DNA of 64,000 nucleotides from assembly GCA_041916775.1 (NCBI GenBank), contig JAYRYZ010000001.1:295825-359824 (forward strand). Reading direction: 5' to 3'. Position 1 is the stretch's first letter. Each line of letters starts with the position of its first letter. Source of the stretch: Rhodocyclaceae bacterium (GTDB lineage Bacteria > Pseudomonadota > Gammaproteobacteria > Burkholderiales > Rhodocyclaceae). Shown one piece after another: positions 25,566-35,344 of the stretch. The position numbers and the translations under genes were made by a program. A model generated the notes under the pieces. That model was not told where the DNA came from. It did no database searches and was given only the letters and a program-made list of their open reading frames with translations.

Positions 25566-28500
25566 CTATCTCGCCCGATCCCCGCTGCCGGGTGCGTCCG
25601 GACCGCCCGGCAGCAGGCCGCTCATGCGCTCGACCAGGCCGGACAGGCGCTTCATCTCGTCCCACATCGCGTGATCCATGCGCATCTTGCTGTAGGTGGC
25701 GGTGACCAGTGGTGCGATGACCTTCTCGTAGATCTCGTGCATCTCGCGTAGCGTGTCTGTGAGGCAGTCCACATTGGGCGGATCGATCTCGATGTGCGGC
25801 TCGATCGCACGGATGCCGGCGGCGAGCTCCGCCAGCCCTTCTCGCAGGCTGGTTTCGAGCGCTGGTGCGGCGCGCAGGCCTTCCACCGCGCGCGCGATGT
25901 CGAGCAGCGTGCCGGCGATGCGGGTGCTGCCGTCGGTGTCGTCGCCACCCAGCTTGCGCCGGCGCACGAACTCTTCCTTGATCTCCGTCCAGCGGGCCGT
26001 TTCCTCCGCGGTCTGGCTGCCGAGCAGTTCGGCGAGCCGCAGCAGGTTCTCCTCGGCGCCGCTGGTGAGCGTCTGCGCCTCACCGCGGTAGTGGTCGCGC
26101 AGCAACGCATCGAGCTCCTCGTCTCGCATGAGCGGGGTGATCGCGGTGGCGAGCTTGGCCATGTTGCGATAGCTGCCCTGCAGCTTGAATGGCGGCTCGT
26201 TGCGATAGGCGTCGTCCTGGGCGGCCGACTCGATGTAGGCAAGATTCACCTTCAGGAGCAGGTCGCGGGCGCGGAAGAGGCGCTTCACCAGGCTCGCGAG
26301 CTCGTTGAGCTCGGCGCTGCTGTAGCCGTGACTGAAGGCGCTGTCGGCGAGGTCCTCGCCCTCGGCGAGGCGCACCAGGCGATGCACATCGGCCGGGTCG
26401 CGCGAGGCGAGCGGCAGCAGCAGCGGGTTGGCGGTGAGGCTGTTCTCGATGTACGACAGCGCGAAGAGGTCCTCACGCCCGGCGAGGACGTCGCCCAGGT
26501 TGTAGATATCGGCGCGGTTGGCGAGCATGTCGGGGATCTTGAACACGTCGCCGGACTCGGTGTAGGGGTTGCCCGCCATCACCACCGCGAAGCGCTTGCC
26601 GCGAAGGTCGGCGGTCCATGGCGTGCCGTTCTGCACCGCCTCGATGCGGCGCGTGCCGTCGGCGAGCGCGATGAATTTCTGCAGGAACTCCGGGTTGGTG
26701 TGCTGGATGTCATCGAGATAGAGCATCACGTTGTTGCCCATCGCGAGTCCGAGGTTGAGCTTCTCGAGCTCCTGACGGGCGGCGCTGTGGGTGGCGCCGG
26801 CCGGGTCGATGGCGGTGACGTCGTGCCCCAGCGCCGGGCAATTGATGCGTACGAAGATCATGCCGAGGCGGTCGGCGACATACTCCATGAGCGTGGTCTT
26901 GCCGTAGCCTGGCGGCGAGATCAGCAGCAGCAGGCCGGAACGGTCGGAGCGGCTGGCATCGCCCGCGGCGCCGATCTGACGGGCGAGGTTGTTGCCGATG
27001 ATGGGCAGATACACCTCGTCGATGAGGCGGTTGCGCACGAAGGAGGACAGCGGCTTGGCGCGGAACTGGTCGAGCTGCAGGCGACGCTTCTCGTCCGCGA
27101 CGAGTTGCAGGCGCAAGGCCTGGAGGCGTTCGAAGGCGGGCACATGGGTCGCGCGATGCTGGCGGAAGCGGCGCCAGAAATCGTTGAGGTTGAGCGCAAG
27201 CGTGCCGCCTGCGATGCTGGCATGCTCACCCAGGAGGCCGGATACCACCTTGTCTAGCGCGACGTTGAGGCGTTTGCGCTCGCCGCTGCCCAGCCACAGC
27301 GTGGCGGCGTCCGGCACCCACGGCAGCAGCCGGTCGTGCGCCGCGCCTGACGCGTTGGCCGCCTGCTTGTCGGCCTCGGCATCGCGGTGTGCGGCAAAGG
27401 CCGAGAGCCATTGGCGTGCCAGCTGCCAACGCTCGGCCGGTGCAGCGGCTTCGAGGTCTGCACGCAGCTCGGCCAGCCGGGCACTGCGCTCCAGTTGGCG
27501 TTGCAAGTCCTCGCTCAGTGTCGCGCCGCTGCCGGCCACCACCCAGGCCTCATGGCCGCGCGGTTCGGCGATCTGTCGCACCAGGTATTGTGCCGCCTCC
27601 TGCAGCAGGGCCTCGTCCGGGGCGAAGCCGAACCCGGGCGCGAAGGTGGCGAGCTTGCGGGCCGCGTCCTGTTCCGCCTGCCGCAGCGCCGCGTCATGGC
27701 CGAACAGCGCGTGCATCTGCAGCGCGGCGCGCGCCTGGCGCTGCAGGCTGTCGCGGTCCTGCTCGAAGCCGCCGAACTGCCAGTAGCAGAACGCGAGCGC
27801 GCGCGCCTCCGGGCCGTAGGCGAGCAGTTGCGCGTCGGCCTGCATCACGACCAGCGCGCGCAGGAGCCAGGCCGCGTCATGGTCGTGCACACCGCGCTGG
27901 TAGCCTTCCTGATAGCGGCTGGCGCTGCTGCGGCGGACCAGATCGAGGAGCGGATCGTGGCCCTCGGCGGGGCTTGCGCAGAGCGCCTGCAGGCTTGCCC
28001 AGTCGATGTCGCCACGCCCTTCCAGCGCATCGACGAGCAGGCTGCCGGCGAGGTATTCGGCGCGGCAGAGGCCGCCGCTCTCGGAGACCAACGAGACATC
28101 CCACCACGGGCGCAACGCCTCCAGCGCGGCGTCGTTCGCGGGCGCGAAGTAGTCGGTGCCGGTGAGGTGGAAGGCGAGCCCGCCCTGGCGTGGGACCAGG
28201 GTAAGGTCCAGCGTCTGGCGGTTGACGGTGAAGGCGTGGCGGCCGAAGCGCAGCGTATTGCCGTCCTCGGCGACCAGCTCGCGGCGGTCGCGTACCGCGC
28301 GCACCGCCTGGTCGCGTGCGGTACGCAGGCGGGTGTCGAGGTCGTCGGCCGCGACGCTGGCGCCCAGCGCGCGCAGCTCGGCGATCTGGCTGCGGAGCTT
28401 GGTGAGCAGCGGATCACCGGCGAAATAGCTGTGCACCTGCTCCAGCTCGCCGAACTGTGCGATCCGGCGGGGAATGCCTTCCAGCACCCGTGCCGCCGCA

Positions 28501-30860
28501 TCGGCGAGGGCCTGGCTGCGGCGCTGGCGGGCCTCGCTGAGTGTCTGGCGGCGGGCCGCGACGGCTTCCACCAGCGCCTCGCGCTTGTTGGCGAGGGTTT
28601 CGATGAAGCCCTCCTGCTCGGCGAAGCGGCCCTCGATCTCTTCGAGCTGCGCGAGCAGGCGGGTCAGCGCGTCATCGCACTTCTCCGGGGTGTCGGCGAG
28701 CGCCAGCGCGTTCTCCACCGCCTGGCCGAAGAGCTGGATCTGCGCGCCGAACTCGGCGGCGGCTTCGCGGCTGCCGAGCGCACGGCCGAGCTTGCGTGCC
28801 TCGGCGCGCAGGCGATTCACCTCGGCATAGACCGCCCCGATGCCATCGAGGATGCGCGTGCGCAACAGCGCGTCGCCGCCGGGCAGGTTGCCGAGCTGCT
28901 CGGTGAGGAGGTCGAGGCCGCTGCCGGTGTCGTCCAGCAGCTTGACCTGCGCCGCGATCTCGCTGCTGTTCGCAGCCTGCGGCAGGGTGGCGGCGACCTG
29001 CGCGAGGGTGCTGCGGTAGCCGTCGAAGGCGTGCTCTTCCGACAGGAAGCGCAGGGCGCGCTCGGAGACGCGCTGCTGCGCCTCGTCCACCGCGGCTTCG
29101 AGCGCGGCGATACCGGGGATGTCGGCGTAGCGCAGCTCGCGCAGCATCTGCAGCCGTCCGCGTTGCTCGCGCAGCTGGCCGAGGGCGCGGACGAAGTCGT
29201 CCGGCTTCTGCCACAACATGCCGGCGATGCGGGTCATCAGCTCGCGCTGGGCCAGCTCGGCGGTGTCGAGTGCCTGTCGGGTGTCGCGGCGGATGCTCTC
29301 GATCTTCTCGAACTCGTCGAGCGTGTTGCGCGCGCCGTCCTGGATGGCGCGGACATCCTCGGCGAGCTTGCCGGCTTCATCCGAATCCAGCCAGAAGTAG
29401 GCGTCCAGCGCGCGGCCGCAGTGGCGGATGAGCGCGTCGTAGGCGTTGCGGGTCGGCGTCTGCTCGGCCACCGCGCGTGCGATCGCGGTGAGCTCGGCGA
29501 TGCCGCGCACCAGCTCAGGGTTGCCGATGCGGGCGAAGAAGCCCTGGCTGCTGCGCTCGGCGGTGGCGTGCTCCTCGCTCACGTAGGGTGTCTGCCAGAG
29601 CTGCATCGGGTGGTTGCGCGTGGCGTCCGGCCCCTCGGCCTGGAACACCAGCATGCGGCCATCCTCGAAGCGCGCGTAGCCGTTGCAGAGAATGGGCGTG
29701 GTGAGCGACTTCTCGATCAGGTTGTAGGAGAAGAGCGCGTAGTGGCCCACGCCGGGTTGGTAGAACACGTACAGCACGTCCTCGCCATTGGGCGAGCGCA
29801 GCATGCGCTTGAAGCGCAGCCCGTCGCGCATCTCGGCGGGCAGGTCGAAGCGCTTGGTCTCGCCCGACTGCAGGTAGTAGCCGCCGGGAAAGATGATGCC
29901 GTGATCCTCGGGCAGCTGGATGCACGAGCGGCCGATGGCATCGATGCGGGTGGCGGTGAGGGTGCGGGTGTTGAACACCAGGTAGCGCTCGTCCTTCTCG
30001 CGATACGGACGGATGCGCAGGAGGATCAGCGATCCGATGCGGGCGTAGGCGATCTCGGCATCGGTGAGCGACTGGCTCCTGTCCTCGACCGGCTCGGAAT
30101 AGATACCGAGGCCGGATTCGGTGTTGTTCTCGACCTTGATCGTGAGATCACCGCCGATCGTCTCGACGAACACGGTGTCGAGGATGTTCACATGCGGATG
30201 GCGCCCGCCGACATGGTTGTCGCGGGTGGTCTGGGTCCATTCGAAATCGTGCGTCGGGGGCAGGGCGATGTCGCGTTCGCCGCGATTGTCGATGTAGCTC
30301 AGACGCCCGCCCGGTTCGACGCTCCAGCGGAACACGCGCAGGTCGGTCGCCTGCTGGCCGATCTGGAACGCCGCCAGCAGCTTGTGCTGGTGCACACGCA
30401 GCTGGATCAGGCTGGCCTGCCTGTAATAGGTGTAGAGCTCGCGGAAATCGGCGACGAAGCGTGTGTCGTCGAGAAAGCTGCCGGCAATCGGCACGGCGAG
30501 CAGATCCTCGCTGCCCGGGCCGCCTTCCTCGTCCAACCGGTAGAGTCCGAACACGTCCGAGACCGCGGTCTCCTTGCGCAGTCCGATGAAGACGTTGTAG
30601 CCGAACAGCAGCAGGTCGCCGATGCGCACCAGGTCGCGGGCGATGCAGTTGTTCTCGGTACGTGCGCGGGTGCGCCCGATCAGCGCCTGCTCGGCGCGGC
30701 CGAACTCCTCCAGCCGCGCCGTGTTGAGCGCCGTGGTCTTGCGCAGCAGCTGGCCGCCGAGGTCGGTGAGGCGCTTCTTCAGCAGGGCATAGCTGCCGCT
30801 GTCGGCGACGAGCGCCTCGGTGGCGTCGGCTGCAACGGCGGCGCTGGCTTGGTCGGACAT
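25566..30860 (-). CDS. very large (1764 aa) conserved hypothetical protein with one AAA+ ATPase core of MoxR/AAA_5 type near the C-terminal third and long alpha-helical/coiled-coil central region
   Basis: single uninterrupted ORF; Walker A ISPPGYGKTTL, Walker B VMLYLDDIQ, sensor-like VVMAGNPYTESG...ADIY; about 330 aa of helical heptad-like sequence in the middle; antisense 1203-aa ORF judged spurious; last gene of the PspA/flotillin operon. Confidence 0.8.
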   Translation of the reverse strand: MSDQASAAVAADATEALVADSGSYALLKKRLTDLGGQLLRKTTALNTARLEEFGRAEQALIGRTRARTENNCIARDLVRIGDLLLFGYNVFIGLRKETAVSDVFGLYRLDEEGGPGSEDLLAVPIAGSFLDDTRFVADFRELYTYYRQASLIQLRVHQHKLLAAFQIGQQATDLRVFRWSVEPGGRLSYIDNRGERDIALPPTHDFEWTQTTRDNHVGGRHPHVNILDTVFVETIGGDLTIKVENNTESGLGIYSEPVEDRSQSLTDAEIAYARIGSLILLRIRPYREKDERYLVFNTRTLTATRIDAIGRSCIQLPEDHGIIFPGGYYLQSGETKRFDLPAEMRDGLRFKRMLRSPNGEDVLYVFYQPGVGHYALFSYNLIEKSLTTPILCNGYARFEDGRMLVFQAEGPDATRNHPMQLWQTPYVSEEHATAERSSQGFFARIGNPELVRGIAELTAIARAVAEQTPTRNAYDALIRHCGRALDAYFWLDSDEAGKLAEDVRAIQDGARNTLDEFEKIESIRRDTRQALDTAELAQRELMTRIAGMLWQKPDDFVRALGQLREQRGRLQMLRELRYADIPGIAALEAAVDEAQQRVSERALRFLSEEHAFDGYRSTLAQVAATLPQAANSSEIAAQVKLLDDTGSGLDLLTEQLGNLPGGDALLRTRILDGIGAVYAEVNRLRAEARKLGRALGSREAAAEFGAQIQLFGQAVENALALADTPEKCDDALTRLLAQLEEIEGRFAEQEGFIETLANKREALVEAVAARRQTLSEARQRRSQALADAAARVLEGIPRRIAQFGELEQVHSYFAGDPLLTKLRSQIAELRALGASVAADDLDTRLRTARDQAVRAVRDRRELVAEDGNTLRFGRHAFTVNRQTLDLTLVPRQGGLAFHLTGTDYFAPANDAALEALRPWWDVSLVSESGGLCRAEYLAGSLLVDALEGRGDIDWASLQALCASPAEGHDPLLDLVRRSSASRYQEGYQRGVHDHDAAWLLRALVVMQADAQLLAYGPEARALAFCYWQFGGFEQDRDSLQRQARAALQMHALFGHDAALRQAEQDAARKLATFAPGFGFAPDEALLQEAAQYLVRQIAEPRGHEAWVVAGSGATLSEDLQRQLERSARLAELRADLEAAAPAERWQLARQWLSAFAAHRDAEADKQAANASGAAHDRLLPWVPDAATLWLGSGERKRLNVALDKVVSGLLGEHASIAGGTLALNLNDFWRRFRQHRATHVPAFERLQALRLQLVADEKRRLQLDQFRAKPLSSFVRNRLIDEVYLPIIGNNLARQIGAAGDASRSDRSGLLLLISPPGYGKTTLMEYVADRLGMIFVRINCPALGHDVTAIDPAGATHSAARQELEKLNLGLAMGNNVMLYLDDIQHTNPEFLQKFIALADGTRRIEAVQNGTPWTADLRGKRFAVVMAGNPYTESGDVFKIPDMLANRADIYNLGDVLAGREDLFALSYIENSLTANPLLLPLASRDPADVHRLVRLAEGEDLADSAFSHGYSSAELNELASLVKRLFRARDLLLKVNLAYIESAAQDDAYRNEPPFKLQGSYRNMAKLATAITPLMRDEELDALLRDHYRGEAQTLTSGAEENLLRLAELLGSQTAEETARWTEIKEEFVRRRKLGGDDTDGSTRIAGTLLDIARAVEGLRAAPALETSLREGLAELAAGIRAIEPHIEIDPPNVDCLTDTLREMHEIYEKVIAPLVTATYSKMRMDHAMWDEMKRLSGLVERMSGLLPGGPDAPGSGDRAR

Positions 30861-30946
30861 GGTCGTTCGTTTCCGTTGGCGAGGTCGTCACTGAGCGGGC
30901 GCTGGCGGTCGCAGCACCCGCTCCGGATTGCGCATGGCGTGCGCGA

Positions 30947-33055
30947 CTACGGCTTGCCGCGGAAGCCGTCCAGCAGCGTCTGCAGTGCGGCCTTCTGACT
31001 GTCGTTGCCGTCGCGCAGCACCTTGGTCAGGAGTGCAGCGACCGAGAGGTTCTGCAGCTCGCCCGATGCGCCACCCAGCGCGCCGACGATGTCGCGCACG
31101 TCGCTCACCATGTCGCGCTCGCCATCGAGGTGATCCTTCAGGCCGATCTGCAGCGTCTGGCTCTTGGCGATCGCACCGTCTATGCCCTTGCCCACGGACA
31201 GCGCGTTGACGAAGCGGTCGAAGTAATCGCCCTGGCCGCCGACGATGTCGATCTTCGCGTTGGCGAGCGCAGTGCCGAGCACGTCCGCCTGCTCGCGGGC
31301 GATGGAGGTCTGGGCGTCGATGGCCTTGAGGGTCTCGACGTGCGCGTTCTCCAGGCGCATGCGGAATTCCTCGTGGGCGCGGGTGTCCTCGCTCATCGCC
31401 TTCATCGCCTCGAACTTCTCGCGCAGGCCCTTGGCCTCGGCGTTGAAGCGGGCCTCGACCACCTGCGCCTCGGCCAGTCCGATCTTGATCACCGCGTCGG
31501 CGTCGGCCGCCTTGACGCCGACATCGGCAAGCCCCATGCGCTCCTTGCCCTCGGCTTCGGCGCTCAGGCGCGCCTGCAGCGCTTCGGCTTCGGCATGGCC
31601 GTACTTCACCACCGCTTCGGCCTCGGCGATCTTCACCTTGGCATCGACCAGACCCTGCTTCTCGCGGGCGTCGGCGGTCACCATCATGACCTTCGCTTCG
31701 GCAAGACCCTCGGCCGCGGTCATGGCCTCGATGCCCTCTGCTTCGCGCTTCTTCGCCTCCGCCTGCTTCTCGGCGATCTTCAGGCGCGCCTCGGCCATCG
31801 TCAGCTCTTCGGACGCGGCGTGGCGGGCGCGGCGTTCGAGCGCTTCGGCGGCCTTGACCTCCATGATCATCTTTTCCTCGGCCTGGCCTTCGGCGAGAAT
31901 GATGGTCGATTTCTTGGTGCGATCGGCTTCGGCGAGCACGCGCAGCTCCTTGATCGCCTCTTCCTGTTCCGCGACGGTGCGCTCGACCACGATGCGCTCG
32001 CGCACCACGTCGGCGATCGCCTTCTTCTGCACCTCCACCGCACGATCCTTGTCGATGCGCTGCAGAGTGACTTCCTTCTCGCGGTCGACCACCTCCAGCT
32101 CACGTGCGCGGATGACCTTCTCTTCCTCGATCGCCACGGCGCGCAGGCGGTTGTTCTCGGCGACTTCCTTCTCGCGCAGCACGTTCTCCTGCTGCACGGT
32201 GATGAGCTGTTCGGCCTGCAGGCGGGCGAGCTCGGCCTTGGCGTGTTCTTCCGAGCGGATGCGTTGGGTTTCGGCCTGCTCGCGGGCCTTCACCGATTCG
32301 ACCTCGCGGGACTGGCGCGCCTCGGCGTCGGCCTGCTGGCGCTCGAGCTCGAGCAGCGCCTCGCGCGTCTCGACGTCCTTCTTCTTGATCTGCATCTCCT
32401 CGTTGCGACGCAGCTCGTTGGTGCGCACGTTTTCCGCGGCGGTGAGCTCGGTGATCTTCTTGATGCCCTGGGCGTCGAGGATGTTGCTCGGGTCGAGCTT
32501 GGAGAGCGGGGTTTGCTCGAGGTAGTCGATCGCCGCATCCTCCAGCACGTAGCCCGAGAGGTCGTCGCCGATCTGCGCGATGATCTCGTCGCGGAAGCGG
32601 TCGCGCGCCTGATAGAGCTCGACGAACTCCATCGACTTGCCCACCGTCTTGAGTGCCTCGGAGAACTTGGCGGAGAAGAGCTCCTCCAGCGTCTCGGGGT
32701 TGGAGGCGCGGGCGCAGCCGATGCCCTGCGCAACCTTGAGCACGTCCTCGGCGGTCTTGTTCACCCGCACGAAGAACTTCACCTTGATGTCGGCGCGGAT
32801 GTTGTCCTGGCAGATCAGTCCGTCGTGCCCGGTGCGGTCGATCTCGACCGTCTTGAGCGCGATGTCCATCATCTCGGCCTTGTGGATGATGGGATACACC
32901 ATGCGGCCGGTGAAGGTGACGTCCGGCTCGCTGTTGAGGGTGTTGACGATCATTGCGTAGCCTTGCTCGACCTTGCGGTAGAACTTCGCAAGCATCACGA
33001 ACAGGCTGAGCACGATGAAGGCCACGATGCCGGTGACGATCAGGATGAGCTCCAT
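30947..33055 (-). CDS. flotillin-family SPFH (band 7) protein, long form (702 aa) with extended Ala/Glu-rich coiled coil
   Basis: N-terminal TM MELILIVTGIVAFIVLSLFVMLA then SPFH domain (YRKVEQGYAMIV...) then several hundred aa of EA-repeat coiled coil; GGGGA RBS before ATG 33055; YqiK-like. Confidence 0.85.
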   Translation of the reverse strand: MELILIVTGIVAFIVLSLFVMLAKFYRKVEQGYAMIVNTLNSEPDVTFTGRMVYPIIHKAEMMDIALKTVEIDRTGHDGLICQDNIRADIKVKFFVRVNKTAEDVLKVAQGIGCARASNPETLEELFSAKFSEALKTVGKSMEFVELYQARDRFRDEIIAQIGDDLSGYVLEDAAIDYLEQTPLSKLDPSNILDAQGIKKITELTAAENVRTNELRRNEEMQIKKKDVETREALLELERQQADAEARQSREVESVKAREQAETQRIRSEEHAKAELARLQAEQLITVQQENVLREKEVAENNRLRAVAIEEEKVIRARELEVVDREKEVTLQRIDKDRAVEVQKKAIADVVRERIVVERTVAEQEEAIKELRVLAEADRTKKSTIILAEGQAEEKMIMEVKAAEALERRARHAASEELTMAEARLKIAEKQAEAKKREAEGIEAMTAAEGLAEAKVMMVTADAREKQGLVDAKVKIAEAEAVVKYGHAEAEALQARLSAEAEGKERMGLADVGVKAADADAVIKIGLAEAQVVEARFNAEAKGLREKFEAMKAMSEDTRAHEEFRMRLENAHVETLKAIDAQTSIAREQADVLGTALANAKIDIVGGQGDYFDRFVNALSVGKGIDGAIAKSQTLQIGLKDHLDGERDMVSDVRDIVGALGGASGELQNLSVAALLTKVLRDGNDSQKAALQTLLDGFRGKP

Positions 33056-33140
33056 GGTTTCCCCTTTGTGAGGGCCGGCATGCGCCGGCCGGAAAGTGTG
33101 AAGGCGAGGGTGGTGAGAGTCGGTCTTGCGGACGAGGGGG

Positions 33141-33770
33141 TCAGGCCTCGGCCTGCACCCGGTAGCGTGCCGAGGCCGGGTCGTAGTCGATGATGATGGC
33201 CGTGCCACCGCGCTTGAGCGTGTTGGGCGAATCCGCCACGACCCGGATGTTGATCGATGCGCCGCCCGTCTCCACCTCGGCGCGGCCAAAGGATTCATCC
33301 ACCTTGCCGGTGAGGATGCGGCAGCTGCGCCCGACCAGCGAGGCGTTGGAGACTGCGCTGTGGGTGACGAACAGCCGGCGCATCGGGCGGATCGCGATCG
33401 CGGTGAGCGGGATCGACACCGTGATCGCCACGAGCAGCGCCACGGTGCCCGCAACGAGGCTCAGTATCGCGGTGGGAACCAGCGGCAGCAGCCACAGCCC
33501 GGCGGCGCAGGTGATCGTCCAGCCGGTCAGCACGAGCAGGCTGGCGACGATGGAGAACGGTACGCCACCCAGGCCGAAGGCCACCAGCTTCGCGGCGATC
33601 GAGTCGATCTCGCCGAGATCGGCATCTGCGTCGAGCTCGAGCGCAGGACCGCCGTGCTCGAAGTCGACGAGGCCAACCAGGGCCAGCAACCAGTAGATCA
33701 GCACCACCCCGAGCAGCACCGTGTAGATCGCGGCGGGATAGCTGATGACGACATCGGTGAGGCTGGGCAT
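33141..33770 (-). CDS. NfeD-like / YqiJ-like membrane protein (membrane helices + C-terminal OB-fold)
   Basis: 210 aa from Met at 33770; 3-4 hydrophobic helices then soluble beta-rich C-terminus (GRSCRILTGKVDESFGRAEVETGG...), the arrangement seen upstream of flotillin genes (yqiJ-yqiK). Confidence 0.7.
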   Translation of the reverse strand: MPSLTDVVISYPAAIYTVLLGVVLIYWLLALVGLVDFEHGGPALELDADADLGEIDSIAAKLVAFGLGGVPFSIVASLLVLTGWTITCAAGLWLLPLVPTAILSLVAGTVALLVAITVSIPLTAIAIRPMRRLFVTHSAVSNASLVGRSCRILTGKVDESFGRAEVETGGASINIRVVADSPNTLKRGGTAIIIDYDPASARYRVQAEA

Positions 33771-33822
33771 GGTGCGTATGGTCCTGTGTTGCGGCTTCGT
33801 CAGCGGCTTGCGGTGAGCGGCC

Positions 33823-34176
33823 TCACGGTTCGCAGCCTGCATCGGCCGTGTTGCCGGCGCGTGACCGCGCAAAGGCGATCAAGGCCTCGGTGACGCGCTC
33901 CTTGATCGCGAGGCGGTCTTCGGCGGGAAGCCCGAAGCGCGCCGCCAGCAGCTGGTAGTCGGCCTCGGTGAGCGACACCGTGAGGCGCGGGCGCTTGGGT
34001 CGCCGCGTCACCGACAGACCGAGCAGCTGGCGGATCTGGTCCGGCGTCGACAGGTTGCTCTCGAACGCGGCGTGGCGTACCGCCTCCAGCACCGCGTTCT
34101 CGACATCGAAGGCCACCTGCACCGCGCGGATCGCAGCGTCCGAACCCTGCCAGCGGGCGGGTTTGTCGCGACTCAC
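33823..34176 (-). CDS. hypothetical 117-aa soluble protein, translationally coupled to pspA-like gene
   Basis: ATGA stop/start overlap with upstream PspA gene (34173-34176); no recognisable motif. Confidence 0.5.
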   Translation of the reverse strand: MSRDKPARWQGSDAAIRAVQVAFDVENAVLEAVRHAAFESNLSTPDQIRQLLGLSVTRRPKRPRLTVSLTEADYQLLAARFGLPAEDRLAIKERVTEALIAFARSRAGNTADAGCEP

Positions 34177-34874
34177 GCCGCCCCCTGATCCTTGCGTGCG
34201 CGGATGCGGGCCATCACCTGGCGCTTGCGCTCGGCGTCGCCGCCGATGCCGGCGTCGGCGAGCTTGGTCTCGAGCGCGCGGGTTCCGGTCTCCTTGTCCA
34301 ACGTCTCGGCCGCAGCGAGGCGGTCGGCCATCTCCTCGTGGCGGCGCTTGATGCGCTCCAGCGAGTCCTTGGCATTGGAGAGCTTGGAGCCGCTCGCGAC
34401 GATGCTGTCGGAGATCGAGCGGGTGGCCTTGTAGACGCTCTCGGTGGTGCGTGCCATCGCCACCTCGCGCTCGTGCTCGCGCACCTTGGTCTCGGCGGTG
34501 CTGATCATGTCCCTGAGCTTGCCGACCTGCAGGGCGTAATCTGCATGCGCGCGCGTCTGCTCGTCGAGCTCGGCTTCCGTGGCTGCGATCTTTGCGGCAA
34601 CTTCCTCGGCCAGGTCGTCGCGGCTCTTCTCCAGCGCCTCCAGCGCCAGGCCCTCGAGGCGGACGATCTCCTTGCGGATGCGCTCGATCTCGCGGGCGCT
34701 CTGCATCTCCTTCGCCATCACGCCGGTGAGGTCGTTCCTGGCCTTGAGGATGGCGTTGCGTGCGTCGATGATCTCCTGCTCGTAGATGCGGGTGGCGTTG
34801 GCGTCGACCACGCTCTCGCCGATTTCACGTGCGCTGCCGCGCACCAGGGTGAGGATCTTTCCCAAAACGCTCAT
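34173..34874 (-). CDS. PspA/IM30 (Vipp1/ESCRT-III superfamily) phage-shock-protein-A-like protein
   Basis: 233 aa all-helical, MSVLGKILTLVRGSAREIGESVVDANATRIYEQEIIDARNAILKARNDL... typical PspA/IM30 N-terminal helix and coiled coils. Confidence 0.85.
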   Translation of the reverse strand: MSVLGKILTLVRGSAREIGESVVDANATRIYEQEIIDARNAILKARNDLTGVMAKEMQSAREIERIRKEIVRLEGLALEALEKSRDDLAEEVAAKIAATEAELDEQTRAHADYALQVGKLRDMISTAETKVREHEREVAMARTTESVYKATRSISDSIVASGSKLSNAKDSLERIKRRHEEMADRLAAAETLDKETGTRALETKLADAGIGGDAERKRQVMARIRARKDQGAA

Positions 34875-34885
34875 GTTCGCCTCCT

Positions 34886-35302
34886 TCAGGCAAGGTAGTC
34901 CGACAGGGCCTCCAGCGCATCGAGGGCGTTGTCGCTCAGCGCGGCCACGTCCAGTGCGATGTCCTCCATGCGCGCGTCAGCGGACAGGGCGCCGAACAGC
35001 ACGTAGCGGTCATCGACCCTGCCGAACGACGACAAGGGGATGGACACGTTCAGGTCGAGCATCGCCTCGAGAAGCCCGGTACGCTTCGCCGGGGCGACCT
35101 CCAACTCGGTCCATAGGTAGCAGATGCAAAGGATCTGGGCGTCGGAGGTGGTGATGAAGATGGGCAGCTCGTTGCGTCCTTCGATCACCACCTGGATCAC
35201 CGGCACCTCGCCTGCAATGGGCTGCAGCTCGACGCCGACGCCCCCGAGCCTCGCGCCGACCAGTGTGTCTAGCCCTGCGATCCGTTGTTGCAACGTGTTC
35301 AT
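34886..35302 (-). CDS. 138-aa conserved hypothetical, first gene of the operon; tentative match to DUF2170/YjfI family that accompanies PspA-like YjfJ
   Basis: 11 nt upstream of the PspA-like gene; acidic soluble protein; family assignment from memory only, not verifiable here. Confidence 0.5.
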   Translation of the reverse strand: MNTLQQRIAGLDTLVGARLGGVGVELQPIAGEVPVIQVVIEGRNELPIFITTSDAQILCICYLWTELEVAPAKRTGLLEAMLDLNVSIPLSSFGRVDDRYVLFGALSADARMEDIALDVAALSDNALDALEALSDYLA

Positions 35303-35344
35303 CGCCTGTTCTCCCCTGACGTTTAGAAGTGCATCGACATGTGC

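Noticed and set aside
25794-27257. 487-aa plus-strand ORF
   Set aside because: Same as above: antisense shadow ORF inside the giant minus-strand gene.
27387-30998. 1203-aa plus-strand ORF
   Set aside because: Antisense to the 1764-aa gene, which carries clear Walker A/B motifs. The plus-strand product is Arg/Ala/Gly-rich low-complexity sequence typical of antisense frames in high-GC DNA.
31130-33193. 687-aa plus-strand ORF opposite flotillin (and 426-aa ORF 31245..32525)
   Set aside because: Antisense to the SPFH/flotillin gene. Their sequences are repetitive low-complexity (LG/HR-rich or Ser/Ala-rich) with no motifs.
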